A DNA stretch of 64,000 bases from Lophium mytilinum (lineage: Eukaryota), in NCBI GenBank assembly GCA_010093605.1, contig MU004197.1, positions 186,001-250,000 on the forward strand, written 5' to 3'. Numbering within the stretch: position 1 is the stretch's first letter; every line of letters starts with the position of its first letter. Position numbers and translations under genes: made by a program. The notes beneath the pieces are model-generated. The model had not been told where the DNA came from. It did not search any database and worked only from the letters and a program-made list of their open reading frames with translations. Below are positions 38,189 to 52,248 of this stretch, piece by piece.

Positions 38189-39901
38189 CGTTACGGGTCG
38201 GCGAGAGGTGCTCGAAGTCTGGCGGGGGAATGTCGCCGATTAGTATCCTTATTTTTTGCCGGCTTATGGCGGATGCTGTGTGATGACATGCCGCAGTTGT
38301 AGCATAACGGCTTGGCTGCCGCGTGCTGTCTAGACTACCATCCTGAGAAATCATAGATAGAAGACTAGTGCGTGCATTGCCATGTGCTGGACGGGGTTAG
38401 AGTCTAGCGCACGAAAAGCGTTGTGGCCGGATCTGACATAACCCTTGCTCCTTTTAGCAAACGGCGACGCTGCTTCTTCTGGTTTAGTAAATTTTCTTGT
38501 TTCCTGGTCAAAAGTGGATACCATGGGAGCCCAGGCGTGACCAACCCTGGAACGCCACAAACCTGCATCTCTGATTGATCCTCTGTCTTGGTACGATTTT
38601 CGGACGTTCAGCTAAAGAAGATAGAACCAATGCACAGTTATTGCGCTGTACATGATAATCATCTCAGGTAATAAGATCACTAGCCAAACGATTGCTCAAG
38701 CTACTTACGCCGATAGTTGGGCCTTACGTTGTCAGTGTTTTCCTCCAAAGATACACATGTCCTCCAAGCGACGCTTGTAGTCGTAGTATATCTCGTAGTC
38801 GTTGAAGCTAAAGCTCAAAGCAGTGGCAACCCCCTGGTAATCCCGCGCCCCAGGAGGATAGATCACCGGCCATAAGGGGTTTGCCGTATGCGGTCCGCGG
38901 AGGCTTCCAACCAGGTAGTCCGCGTGGTATGTGATAGCTCAGTGCAATGGGAAGACGTCGAGTGCACCAGCAGGGGCTCTGCGCACGGACCATGTCACTC
39001 AGCTGGCTTCTTGGGCGACGCAACTTCGTTAAACGCGCAGCTTTTCATACGTGTCTGCCATTCATATAATCATTTTACTTATCGAGGAATAAATTCCGCT
39101 GAGCTGGATGCAACGTCAGTGGGTAGTAGAACAAGCTGGGTGCTGGCCACTAGAAGCCAGCGTCCAAAAAGATCTTCTCAGCAGCAGAGCTGGCATCTGA
39201 CAGTACCATCGCGAATACGATCAGCATCGTTGTGACCGTTCTATGGAGCACGGTTTCGGTTCTCGCCCGGGTCGAAACATCTCGCACATGCTAGTCTGAT
39301 GCAAGTCACTACGGTCCTGCAATCTCGAGTCTGTAGGCATGGTACGACTCCGTGCGATGCTCATACAAAGCTCTGGATAAAGCTAGGGTGTTAATGCGAT
39401 GTGACCAGATAATGGCTCGCGCTTGCTGTTGTCCGAACCCGAAAACTCGACCCCGTCCTAAGACCCTCCAATAAATCAAGACCAAAGGTCCTTTGGCCCG
39501 GATTGCGAATTCTCAGCAGTCTGGGCCAACATTGCATGAATATATCCGGCATGACTCGTCTGGACTAATCCAGACACGGCTGTGGGGTAGTACCCACTCG
39601 AAGCAACCTTGGTATCAGAACCTTATCTGCTTCGAGAACTCTATGGCGAATCTGGTCTGGGGTACATATCTCTGGGGTACAGATACGAGGATACCTTGTT
39701 TTGAGGGGAAAGCTCGGCCCAATTTATAGGTCTAAAGAAAGGAGACTAATACACCGAGCTATGAAGCTCTGAGGAACCATATATCTACCCCTTCGCCGTC
39801 CACGGATCTTCTTCACCTCCCAGAAATCTCAACATTTCTTCCTACTCTTTGATACCCAGCCGCAAGGTTCTTGTACGTTCGTAATTGGTCCCTGTTCTAT
39901 C

Positions 39902-42900
39902 ATGTCTCCTCACGCCAATGATACTCCCGCCTTCGAGGCCTTCGAGTCGAATGGTGCCAACGGAGGTGGTAATGCGGAGGCACTCAACGACTTCCCCATT
40001 GCCATCATTGGTATGGCATGCCGCTTCCCTCAAGATGCGGTAAACACGGAGAAGTTCTGGGATCTCCTTATCAACGGTCGCTCCGCAATGACTGAGTTTC
40101 CACCGGAGAAGATGACCACCGAAGCTCATTATCACCCTGATCCTGCTCATGCTGGCACCGTAAGTCCCATCGAACATGAGAATCCTATTCTTCTAATGCT
40201 GTGACTTCAGACGAGCTGCAGAGGTGGCTACTTCATGAAGCATAATGGAGCGGCTTTTGATGCGCCATTCTTCAACATCACCAAAAATGAAGCTTTGACC
40301 ATGGATACTCAGCAGCGTCTTTTGATGGAAAACGTGTACGAATCGCTAGAAAACGGTATTTCCCTCTTGCACTTGCCCTAAAACAAATTACCACTGACCC
40401 AAAATAGCTGGAATACCGTTAGATAAAGTTATTGGTTCTAACACGTCCGTTTATGTCGGCGCATTTTCCATCGATTGCAGCGACATCTTCACCGCAGATC
40501 ACGAAGCGATTATGAAGTACTCGGCGACCGGAAACTCCCTCGCCATCTTGTCCAATCGTATCAGCTACTTCTACGATCTAAAGGGTACTAGTATATCGGT
40601 TGATACTGCTTGTTCTAGTAGTATGGTAGCTTTCCATCTTGCATGTCAAGATCTTCGCAACGGAAACTCTGAAATGGTAAGTCTGTCCAATTACCACCTA
40701 CAAAAGCAGCTCTGACAGTATCTTCAACAGTCTATCGTCGGCGGCGCCAATATCCTCGAGAACCCTGACAAGATGTACCGTATGAGCAACAACGGCTTCC
40801 TCTCCCCAGACAGCAAATGTTACAGCTTCGACTCTCGCGCTAATGGCTACTCTCGAGGCGAGGGCATTGGCTCTCTTATCCTCAAGCCTCTACACACTGC
40901 CATTCGCGACGGAGATGTCATCCGCGCCGTAGTCCGCTCAACCGGACTCAATCAGGACGGCAGGACCCCCGGAATGACGCTCCCCAGCAAGAACGCCCAA
41001 GAAACTCTCATTCGGAAGGTTTATGCCAATGCTGGGCTCGACCTTCGAGACACCGAATTCATCGAAGCTCATGGCACCGGTACGGCTGCTGGCGACCCTA
41101 TCGAAGCAAGTGCTATTGCAGCTGCCTGGAGCGGGCGGAACGGCGAAAACCCGCTCTATATTGGCGCTGCGAAAGCTAACATCGGTCATTTGGAGGGATC
41201 TTCGGGTGTAGCAGGTTTGATCAAGACCGTCATGGTGCTTGAGAAGGCTATTATCCCGCCGAATATCAACTTTGAGAAGGTTAACCCGAAGATTCTTCCG
41301 GAGAAGTGGGGGATTGCAGTAAGTTCTTTCTTGAATTACACTCAGCATTCAAATCTTTGATTGACTAACGATTCTAGTTCCCTACCAAACCTATGCCTTG
41401 GCCAAGTGAAGGCCCCAGGAGGGCGTCTATCAACTCCTTCGGCTTTGGAGGAACGAATGCCCATGCTGTTCTTGACGACGCATACAACTACCTCAACAAC
41501 CGAGGCCTTCGCGGTTCTCACTGCTCGGTTTCCAAACCTCCAACTCTAGCAGAAATCATGGAAGGAGTGGCAAAGGAGGAAGCACCCGCCGAGGTTACCA
41601 ACGGAGACTCCAATGGGAACTCGAATGGCATATCCGACAGTATCTCTAACGGGATCACTAACGGTGATTCCAACGGTCTCTCTAACGGCCACGCCAACGG
41701 CCACTCCAACGGCCACTCCAACGGCGTATCAAACGGTGTATCCAACGATATTTCTAATGGCGTCTCCAAGTCCAATGGTGTCTCCAACGGCGCACCGACC
41801 CAGTCAGGTACAAGCAGAGTGTTTGTCCTTTCCGCGTCGGACGAAGCGGGAATCAAGCGAGCTGCGGAGGGACTCAGTACCTACCTGGCGTCGATTCCCC
41901 CTCCTAAGAACGAAGAGAGCTACCTCGACAGTCTGGCGTATACCTTGTCTGAGAAGCGCACCCTGTTCTCCTGGAAAACCTTTGTCGTCGCGAACTCTCT
42001 CGAAGACCTTATCCAACAACTCAATGAGGGACTCAAAGCACCCAAGCGCACGCGCGCTCGTGAAGTCCCTACTCTGGGCTTCGTGTTCACCGGTCAAGGA
42101 GCGCAATGGCATGCTATGGGCCGCGAGCTCTTGTCATACCCCATCTTTAGGAGAAGTGTTCAAGATGCTTCTGACTACCTCCGATCCCTAGGCAGCGTGT
42201 CGAACATGATGGGTAAGCCTCTCTAAGTTTATTGAAGTCAACCACAGCCACTGACCACGATTACAGATGAACTACTCAAAGACAAGGAGTCAAGCAACAT
42301 CGGCCATCCAGTTCTCAGCCAGACGCTTTGCACCGTTCTCCAAGTTGCATTGGTCGATCTCCTCAATGCCTGGAACATCGCACCGACTAGAGTCATTGGG
42401 CACTCGTCTGGTGAGATCGGTGCCGCTTACTGCGTCGGAGCGCTATCCCGAGAATCAGCATGGAGGATCGCATACTCCCGCGGCGTCGTCTCTGCTAGCC
42501 TAATGGGTGGCAAGGGTGCTATGATGGCCGTCGGAATGACCGAGGACGCCCTTGAGCCATTCTTAGAACAAGTTGACAGCGAGCTATCCGGCGAGCTTGT
42601 CAAGGCTTGCTACAACAGCCCAAGTAATATCACCGTGTCAGGTGACGAGGCCAAGATCGATCTTCTGAAGACCAAGTTGGATGCCGAGAACGTGTTCGCA
42701 AGGAAGCTCGCTGTTAAGAACGCCTATCACTCCGGCCACATGAAGGCCGTCGCGGATGAGTACCTCAGACTTATTGGAACTATCGAGAAGGGCTCCGCCG
42801 CCGTCGGCAAGAAGCCCCAAATGTTCTCCACGGTCATCGGTCAGCAGATTCCCGTCCTCAAACTCAGCAACCCTCAATACTGGGTCGACAATATGGTCTC

Positions 42901-45900
42901 TCCCGTGCGCTTCACTCAAACCTTAGAAGCCATGTGCTCGAACACCGGAGGGAAGTCGAAGCTTCGCGCCGAGCGTGGTGCTGATATCGCTATCCAGCAT
43001 TTGGTTGAGATTGGCCCTCACTCGGCAATGCAGAGCGCCATTCGGGACACCATGCTCTTGCAGACGATATTCTCCAGCATCGGATATTCAACTGTTCTCA
43101 CACGCAACGTCTCCGCGGTAACGACGAGTCTTCAAGCTGCTGGCAGCCTGCTCTGCTTGAACTACCCGGTCGACCTCAACGCTCTCAACTACGCATCTCG
43201 TATTCCTTTCACGAAGAATCATCTTCATCCCCAGATGCTGGTAGATCTGCCTCCGTACAAGTTCAACTACAGCCGTACGTACTGGCCTGAGACCCGCATC
43301 AGCAAGAACTTCCGCTTCCGCAAGCATCCTCGACACGATCTACTCGGCGCTCCTGTCACCGACTGGGACCAGGATGAGCCCAAATGGAGACAGCATATCC
43401 GCGTCAGCGAGATTCCGTGGGTCAAAGATCACAAGGTCACAAGCAGCAACGTCTACCCTGGAATGGGATACGTCGTCATGGCTATTGAAGCCATGAAGCA
43501 GCTTGCAGGACCTGATGCAAACATATCTGGATATCGGCTTCGCGACGTCAACATCAAGGCCGCCCTGCAGGTACCTGAGACTGAAGAAGGAGTAGAAGTT
43601 GCCTTCTCCATGCGACATGTCACCGAGTCCAGTCTCGCAGGATCGGTGGGATGGTGGGAGTTCAGAGTCTCATCGTACAATCCCAACACCGATGGCTGGA
43701 ATGAACATTGCCGGGGCATGGTGTCCGCTGAGCCTGCCACCGAGACTGGCCAGGTTGATGGAGGCCGAGAGGCTGCGCTTGAGGCCGAGAGCCAGAAGCA
43801 GATGCTCGCCGAGGCTATTGAGAGATGTAGCGCTCCATTCGACATGTCGCGCGCATACTCCGAACTCTTTGGCATCGGTCTTGCGTATGGTCCAACCTTC
43901 AGGAACCTTTCCAACGTATGGCGCGGGGGTGAAGCCAAAGAAGCAAGAGGTACCATTACCATCCCAGACGTCAAGGCCGTCATGCCCAAGCACTACCAGA
44001 TGCCCCATATCATCCATCCCGGCACCTTGGACAGTATGCTACATATCTTCCTTGCTGCTATCCAGGATGAGGGGGCCGGTCTTAGCGAGCCTATGGTTCC
44101 AGTGTTTGTACGAGAACTCTGGGTCAGCGCCGATCTCAGCAAAGAGCCCAATCAGACTTTCAACTGCCACGGCACCGTGAAGAAGACAGGCCACAGCAAG
44201 ATTGAGTCTACCGTTCGCGCTTGGGACGAGCATACCAACACAGTCAAGGTCCTGATCAAGGACATTCAAGCCACTCCTTTGCAAAACAACTCTACCGGAG
44301 GCGGCGATCGCGATCTTAGCTGGAACGTGGAAACAAAGCCGGATATCGACCTTCTCAGCAGCGAGCAGAGCTTGGCGTACTTCAAAAAGATTTCTAAGAA
44401 GCCGAGATTGGATGATGCTGCCATGACCAAGCTTTCCCACGATCTGAATCTAGCGTCAACTATTTACATTGTCGATGGCCTCAAAGAGGTATCGAAGACG
44501 ACATTAGAAGGCCTTCCGGATCACAACCAAAAGTATCTCGAATGGCTTCACCACATGGAGGAGCGCTACCAGAAGGGCACCATTTCTCACCAGACCCCAG
44601 AATGGGAATCCCTCATAAACGACCCGGTGCGCAAGGAACAGTTCCTCCAAGAACACTGCTTCCAGGAAGACTCAAGTGCCGAGTTCAAGCTCATCGCCCG
44701 TGTAGGTGCCGCTATTCCAGGCATCTTACGACAAGAGGCCGACGCATTGCAGCTCATGTTCGGAGATGACCTGCTTGATCACTACTATGGAGAGCTTGAT
44801 GGCAACGTCATCATCCAAGACACCCTCCGTGCATATCTCAGCACGCTGAGCCACAAGTACGTCAACCTTAAGGTCATTGAAATCGGATCCGGCACTGGAG
44901 GCACGACTCTGCCCGTGATTGAAGCACTCAGCCCTGTCGGCAAGGACGGTAACATGACCAAGAACTCCCGGCTTTCGCAGTTCACCTACACTGATATCTC
45001 AGCCGGATTCTTCGACAAGGCGAAGACCAAGTTCAAGGCGTGGAAGAACATCATGGAGTTCCGCCGGTTGGATATCGAGAAAGACCCCGTCGGCCAAGGA
45101 TTTGAGGCTGGCACATACGACATCGTCCTTGCGGCCAATGTGCTTCACGCCACTCAGGACCTGACCACCACTCTTACGAATGCCCGGAAGCTGCTCCGCC
45201 CTGGTGGAAAGCTACTTCTTCACGAGGGTATCGGCCTCGAGCTTCTTAGCGTACCGCTGGCATTTGGCGCCCTCTCCGGCTGGTGGCTCAGCGTTGAACC
45301 TTACCGAAGATGGGGTCCTCTCGTCGACGAGAAGCACTGGGACCAAGCTTTCAAAGCGGCAGACTTCACTGGTACTGATCTGATCCTTCCAGATTACCAA
45401 GACGACCTTATCCATTCGCAGAGCTTGATGATAGCCAGTGCCGTGGACCCTACTCCAGCAGAGCGTCAGTCCCCAGATACCATCGTGCTCACGACCGAGG
45501 CGCAAAGCAAATCCTCCCTCGTTTCGTCGGTCGTGGAGTCTTTGGAGAAATTTGGTCTTCCCAGTGTAAAGGTTGTCGACTGGAGACATCTCGCTGATAT
45601 CGAAGTGAAAGAGTCTACATTCGTCTCACTTTTAGATCTCGACCATCCCGTTCTTTTGGATGTTTCAGAGTCCGACTTCGCCAATCTTAAAAAGTTATTC
45701 CTAACGTCTCAGGGAGGCCTATGGGTTGGTAAGTCCGCGATAGCCCATCCCGACGCAGCCATCGCCACTGGCTTCATTCGCACCGCTCGCTGGGAGCGTG
45801 ACTTAGACACCTGCGACCTCGTCACCCTTGGTCTAGAAGACAGCGAACTCCATTCAGATGCGCAGACGGCCAAGCATATCAGTAAAATCTTCGATCATCA

Positions 45901-48398
45901 CTTCATCACCACGACAACCAATAAGAATGAAGAATACAGCACCTCTGAGGGTCTGCTCTCCGTCCCTCGCCTCATCCAAGCCGAATACATCAACAGCTTC
46001 CTTGCTTCGAAGGTCACCAAGGCCGAGCCCGAGGTTCAAGCCTTCGGCGCTGATCCCACGCGAGCGTTGAGGCTCAGCACTGATGCACCTGGTCTACTCA
46101 ATCGCCTCATGTTCATCGACGACCCTGTCTATCCCAAACCCCTCCAGGCCGAAGACGTGGAGGTCGAGATCAAAGCCACCGGTCTCAATTTCCGCGACAT
46201 CATGTCCGCAATGGGCGAAGTCAATGGTGAAGTCCTGGGTGCTGAGGGTGCTGGATTCATAACGCGTGTTGGCTCCAACGTCACGAAGGTCAAGAAGGGG
46301 GATCGTGTCATGATCATGGCGGATCAGACCGGTTGCTTCAACACCTACGCGCGCTGTGACCAGCGCTGCGTGTCCCAGATTCCTGACGACATGAGCTTTG
46401 AGACTGCCGCGAGTATTCCAGTAATTTACTGCACGGTATTGTACTGCTTGAATGATATCGGACGGCTGTTGAAGGGCGAGACAATCCTCATCCATGCTGC
46501 GGCAGGTGGTGTTGGACAGGCAGCTATCATGGTTGCACAAGACCGAGGTACGTCTCTATTCTTTCAGGCCGTCTATCATAATGCTGATTTATTTAATAGG
46601 TGCTGAGATATTCTGTACCGTCTCCACCCACGAGAAGAGGGATATTCTGATCAACACGTACGGGATCCCAGAAGATCACATCTTCTCCAGCCGTGACCTT
46701 TCCTTCGTAAAGGGCATCATGCGCATGACCAACGGCAAGGGTGTCAACGTTGTACTAAACTCACTTGCTGGAGAAGCCCTTCGTAGGACGTGGGATTGCA
46801 TCGCGTACTTTGGGCGCTTCCTTGGTATGTTCCCAGCCCCAGTTAAAAGAGGCATTGGCTGATCCAAAATCCAGAAATCGGAAAGAGGGACATCCTCTCC
46901 AACGGCCGCCTCGAGATGTTCCAATTCTCCAAGAGTGTTATGTTTGCCTCCTGCGATCTCGAGACCGTCATCAAGCTCGATAAGCCCTTGTCTGAGCGGC
47001 TACTTGAAGACACCGTTGCACTTTGGAACAAGAAAGTCATTGGAGTCACTACTCCCTTCACTACCTACAACTTTGGAGAGCTAGAGTCCTCATTCCGTCT
47101 TCTGCAGTCTGGAAAACATATCGGTAAAGTCGTTCTTACCTCCGATCCTTCACATAAGGTTCAAGCTCTTCCCAAGCAGAGAACGGCGCATAAATTCTGT
47201 CGGGAGAGCTCTTACGTTCTCGCCGGTGGTCTGGGTGGTCTAGGACGTAGTATGGCTTTGTGGATGGTGTCACAGGGTGCCCGCAACATCATCTTCCTCT
47301 CACGATCAGGAGCCGCAAGCGACGAGGCGAAGAAGACGGTGAAGGAGTTGGAAGAACTGGGATGCAAAGTCCGCGCCTTCGCTTGCGACATCAACAGCAA
47401 GACGGCCCTCGAATCGACCCTCGCGCAATGCGTCCGTGACATGCCCCCCATCGGCGGCTGCGTCCAGGGTGCTATGCAACTTCGAGTAAGATCCCCATGC
47501 CATGATCCCCTCACATGTACTAATGACCTGCTAGGACTCCTCCCTCGAGCTCATGACCGTCGACCAGTACAACCAAGCCGTCAACCCCAAGGTACACGGC
47601 TCTCGCAACCTCCACGAAGCCCTCCCCCACGACCTCACCTTCTTCATCATGCTCTCGTCTTGCTGCGGCATCATCGGCAACCGCGGCCAAGCCAATTACG
47701 CCGCTGGCAACACATACCAAGACGCGCTGGCGCACCATCGTCGCTCCAAGGGCCTCGCTGCCACTACGCTCGATCTCGGCGCCATGCTCGGCGTCGGATA
47801 CATCGCTGAGAACCAGGACAAGGCAGCGGGCAGCCAACTCGGCAACCTCGCTTTCGCCAGCGACGCGATCCGCGAAGACGAATTCCATGCGCTGCTCGAA
47901 TATCACATGGACGCCCGCAACTCGCTGAGAGAAGATCTCGAGAAGACCCAGGTTGCGATCGGTCTCGGATCGAGCGCGAGCTACAAGTGGAAGGGCATGC
48001 CGGAGCCGGGTTTCATGAAGTACCCTCTCTTCACCCAGCTGCACGTCATGTCCGAGTCGACGAGCAACGAGGGCGAGGAGGACTCGTCCCTCAACACCAA
48101 GGCCAACCTCCGGGCCGCGAAGAGCTTCGAAGAAGCAACGACGACGATCGTCGACGCGGTGGTGCGCAAGCTGTCGAGCGTTATGAGTTTGCCGGTGGAG
48201 GACTTCGACCCTTCCAAGCCGATTCATCACTATGGTGTTGACTCTTTGGTGGCGGTGGAGTTTAGGAATTGGTTCTCGAAGGATTTGGGCGCGGATATTC
48301 CGGTGTTGGATATTATGGGGAATGACTCGATTGCGCAGTTGGCGGTGAAGATCTCGAAGACGAGTAAATTGGTTAAGATTGCGGAAGAGACCGACTAG
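39902..48398 (+). CDS. Iterative highly reducing type I polyketide synthase KS-AT-DH-cMT-ER-KR-ACP (~8 introns)
   Basis: KS DTACSSS/HGTGT/IGHLEG; AT GHSSGE and AYHS; DH HDLLG, DHKV...[17 protein letters not shown] and [26 protein letters not shown] and YAAGN; ACP GVDSL; no C-terminal release domain. Confidence 0.97.
41599..41792 (+). repeat. Coding (NG-x-S)n low-complexity repeat in the KS-AT linker
   Basis: [12 protein letters not shown]...[20 protein letters not shown]; 12-bp period. Confidence 0.8.
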
Positions 48399-49358
48399 CG
48401 TTTTGATGTTAGTTTTTGTTGGTTTTGTACGGTATTTGTAGTTTCGCATTGCGTTTCGTCTTCATTGTGGTCTTCTACTTGTTTTTCATATTCCCCAAGA
48501 ACGTACATTAGCACTTCTGCCCGTAATACTGTAGCTATTTCGATAATTTCAATCAAGTTTTCAAAATTCATATTGGTCTTATGGCGTGACCCACTGACCG
48601 TCTTTCATGTCGGTCACGTGATATGCTGGTTGCTGGCATCGAAATGACACTATCAGCTAAGAAACGTACATTCACCCTGTAGCCTCGGAATACAATGGCT
48701 AAGAAAATTCATCGGCCATCGAAGTCCACTAGCACATACACGAAGCATCTAGTAGCGAGCCGTGAAGCAGTCCATTTCTAGCACCTCCAAAGATTCCGGT
48801 GGAGTAAAGGATTGAAACGAGCGTGTCGCAAAGGACGACCGCCAACGAAGGCTTGAAAGAATAATTGAATGCCTTCCGACTGCTTACACAGCCCGATCTT
48901 GTGGTCAAGATCCTGAGAACAGTGCATGGTAGATGGGAACGGGCGTGAAGTTTAATGAAATGCTGGAAGACGGTTGTCATAACTTTTCTTCTTGCTATGT
49001 GATGTTATGAAGCGCGAGAGGAGTAAAGATGTAGTGGAGGTTTGCGCTTGCAAACTTAACTCCTTTCCTAAGGCTCTTTGGCACTTCATTGAAAACTATA
49101 GGCTAGGAATTTTGACGAGCCTAATGGTTTGCGATGCCCCTTCAGACGAGATACAACTCTCGCTTAATGTTGAAATTGGCTAATGGTCAGAAGACCTGCA
49201 AACTGGCTTCCTTGCACGTGGAAATATGGCTGCCTTGGTAAAATTGTGGGTCCGGCGCGTTCAGCGCGTTTATATCTGCCTTTCGTACGTCTTCCTTCTT
49301 TGGCGCCTCCTGCGCCACGCTTTCGCATCTGCAAAGTCTTCAAGGCCGGAACGTAAAA

Positions 49359-50296
49359 ATGAAAATGGAGCTGGAGGGCGAGGAGACGGGCATTGAGGAG
49401 ATCTCCAGGAAGGTTTCAGATATCGGAGTCCTGACTACACAAGCTTCGATAGTATCGGAATCTATAGGCTTTCTTTTGCAGCACTGACTCCAGACCAGGA
49501 ACGCGCGAGTAAGGGAAATACCCAGACTACCATGAAGACCATGCCTATCCAACACCATGCCGCCACTTTTCCATTCTTCGACCTCCCGACAGAACTTCGA
49601 CTATTGGTATACCATTTCGTGCTAGAAGCCAACAATACTGGATGGATGAGGATGTATTACCCGGCCCTCCCTAAGGGCTCGCCGAATCAACCAGGGTCAG
49701 ACCTGCGGCCCCTGGGTATAGTTCAAAAGCTTCTATGGATCAACCAGCATATTCGAACGGAGGTGTCCAATGAGGTGTTCAGACACGTCGAGTGTATCTC
49801 TTTCTCTAATCTCGGTGGATATCGCAAGCAACATGACCTCGACATAGTCCGTGGAGTGCTCGAAGGCATCGGCGAGAGCGGTAGAGAGAACATCCGACAA
49901 GTTACCTTCCTTCCTTGGTGGATTCCGAGCTGGGATGATCAGTCTCAGAGGAACTCTGATCTCAGCGCCGCCATCGAAGTCGTGCGCCTCCTAAAGGCGT
50001 GCACAAATCTTGAAACATTGATGATTCGGATCCCGTTCGAAAAGGTGCTCACACGGTCCAATTTCAACAAGCCATCCGAGTTTGGCAAGCTCTTTGGGAC
50101 AGGTATCGACCTGATTCGCGGCATTGTCCACACTCCACGTGTATCATTCACTGGTTCGTACGGTCATCCGTACAACGACGACTTCGTCAGGCCTGTGCGC
50201 AACTGGTTGACGCTTCAGCGTATCAAAGACAAGATGAAGCACGCTAGGGAAACCAAGGCAGCGGATACTATCCTTCAAGAGACACGATCGGAATAA
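49359..50296 (+). CDS. F-box-like protein, family B copy 4 (intron 49452-49498)
   Basis: GIEEISRKVSDIG first exon spliced in frame to FPFFDLPTELRLLVY...QKLLWIN...IGESGRENI. Confidence 0.82.
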
Positions 50297-50789
50297 CCGG
50301 CCGGAGCGGTATCAGGCTGAGCGGGCTGCAGCTCTGTTCCGTGTACACCTTTACACCACCGCCTGAGGTGGCCTAGCTTGGTTTCAGGTCCGCAGAAGTG
50401 ATGGATCTGAACTCCGTGAGCTTACCAAAAACTCTTTCAAGCACCACAAACAGCAGTGAGCAACGGGGTAGCATTGGCGAAAGATTTCCTTTTGTATTTG
50501 GAGCATAGGTCTCTGATGCTTTGCGATTTTCTCTTCCGTAGCCGACACCAGGAACAGTCTATATACGAAATTGAAAACAAAGTGACACACCTCTTCAAAG
50601 TATATGCCATCGAGATTCAGGGGCCTTGCTACATTGCAGGCTCGGTAATGGCATCGCAGTGCCAGGCCTCAACTGAGGTACCCGACTGCACCAGTTGAAG
50701 TTGTTCAGTTCGTCATCAGCCTATTACTTCATGCTGTATCGCTACCTTTGTCAGGGAGTAGCGACGAGGGCCACGGCAGGCGCGTACTA

Positions 50790-50926
50790 CCTTGTATATT
50801 CCCTCACCTTCCTCCAGACCTGTTCTCTTCTACAACATCAATCATCATTCATCCAATACATCACATACACGGCCTGCAGCTCCTTGTTCCGTGACACTTT
50901 TGCCACTCGTTCAAAAGTCTTATTCC
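50790..50926 (+). promoter_or_regulatory. Shared promoter/5'UTR element upstream of B5
   Basis: Paralogous to 52635-52793 and 19841-19937. Confidence 0.55.
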
Positions 50927-50961
50927 TTGCTTCTACCATCTTCAAACCCCTCAACTTCACG

Positions 50962-52248
50962 ATGGATGCGAAGCCGAACAATCGCCAGGTGAGTCCACTG
51001 CTCCCGTCTTATCTTGCCACATATGCTAACATAGCTATGAGCACCCTCGAGAGCCTGACGACACAGGAGTTGTTGAGGAGATCATGAGAATAGAGTCACA
51101 GAACGATATAGAAGCTGCAGATTCAACGCGGGTATGGGAAGGTCTTGAAACACTCATGCCTTGTATCAGTAAACTAACCGAGCTCAGGTCGTCAATACCA
51201 AGGCCAAGGATATCAAGATCTCATTCGTAGACTCCTCCAACGACATTGAAATTCTCTATACACCAAACCACGGAGTGGAAGTTTCCTTAGCAAATCACCC
51301 TATCTATGTCGAGCTTCGTGCGAAGTCGGGAGGCGAGATGGAGATCAGCGTCGCTAGTCGCTCTACTGTGAAGCCAGAAGTATACGTGGAGGCATGAACT
51401 ATGAGCTGTTTATGTTGTCGGCATCACTGACATCACAGTAGGCAGTCAAGAATTCCGGCGATGACAAAGAAGTCTTCCGCATACACCCGAGGCATCGCCG
51501 ACCTCGCCGATCTACCGTCTTTCCCTTCCTGGATTTGCCACTAGAACTGCGGCTGCTAGTTTACAAGTTTGTGCTTGATGGCAATGAGACTGGGTGGGGA
51601 AAGAAACCCCATAAACGCAATGTCCATTTCGTAACAGACTTGCAACCTCTTGGGCAAGTTCAGAAACTACTGTGGATTAACCGGCAAGTGCGGGAAGAGG
51701 TATCCAACGAGGCTGGTCTATTCGACGTCAATACATTGCATATTGGTCATGCCAAATCCCGTACCCTCGACTTTTTACGCGGCCTACTTGAGATGATCGG
51801 CGAAACCGGCCGTGAGAACATCCGGGGGCTCGCATGGCTTCCTTGGTGGACTCCGGACTGGGGCGATGAATCTCTGAACACTCCACACCTTGCTCTGGCT
51901 ACCGAAGTTGTACGGCTTCTCAAGTCCTGTCGCAAACTCCAGTGGGTAATGATCTACATTCCACCTGAGATACCCGTCATGCGAAGTAGGCACGGCCTGT
52001 CGGTGTACGAGAGAGTTTATGGAGAAGGTTTCGGCCTGCTTCCTTCCATCAAACACGTTCGAAATGTGTCCTTTACGACCTGTCAGGACTACACCGACTT
52101 CCGAAACCCTGACGTCAGGGAAGTTACGAATTGGGTCAAAATGCGGCGTATAAAAAATGAAATGCGAATAGCGAAAGAGACTCAGTCAACGAAGGTCCAT
52201 CCTCCGAGACAGGAACTCGACGAAGACAGTAGACGGAGTTCAGGGTAG
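50962..52248 (+). CDS. F-box-like protein, family B copy 5 (4 exons; some splice sites non-canonical or uncertain)
   Basis: MDAKPNNRQ|gtgagt, VVEEIMR exon, beta-rich exon, then FPFLDLPLELRLLVY...QKLLWIN. Confidence 0.75.

Noticed and set aside
41599..41792. NG-rich repeat in the PKS as a novel domain
   Set aside because: Asn-Gly low-complexity linkers between KS and AT are common in fungal PKSs.
47520..48449. 309-aa antisense ORF over the PKS KR/ACP region, and similar shadow ORFs over the hydrolase and AlaX
   Set aside because: Antisense shadows of GC-rich codon usage with no recognisable motifs.
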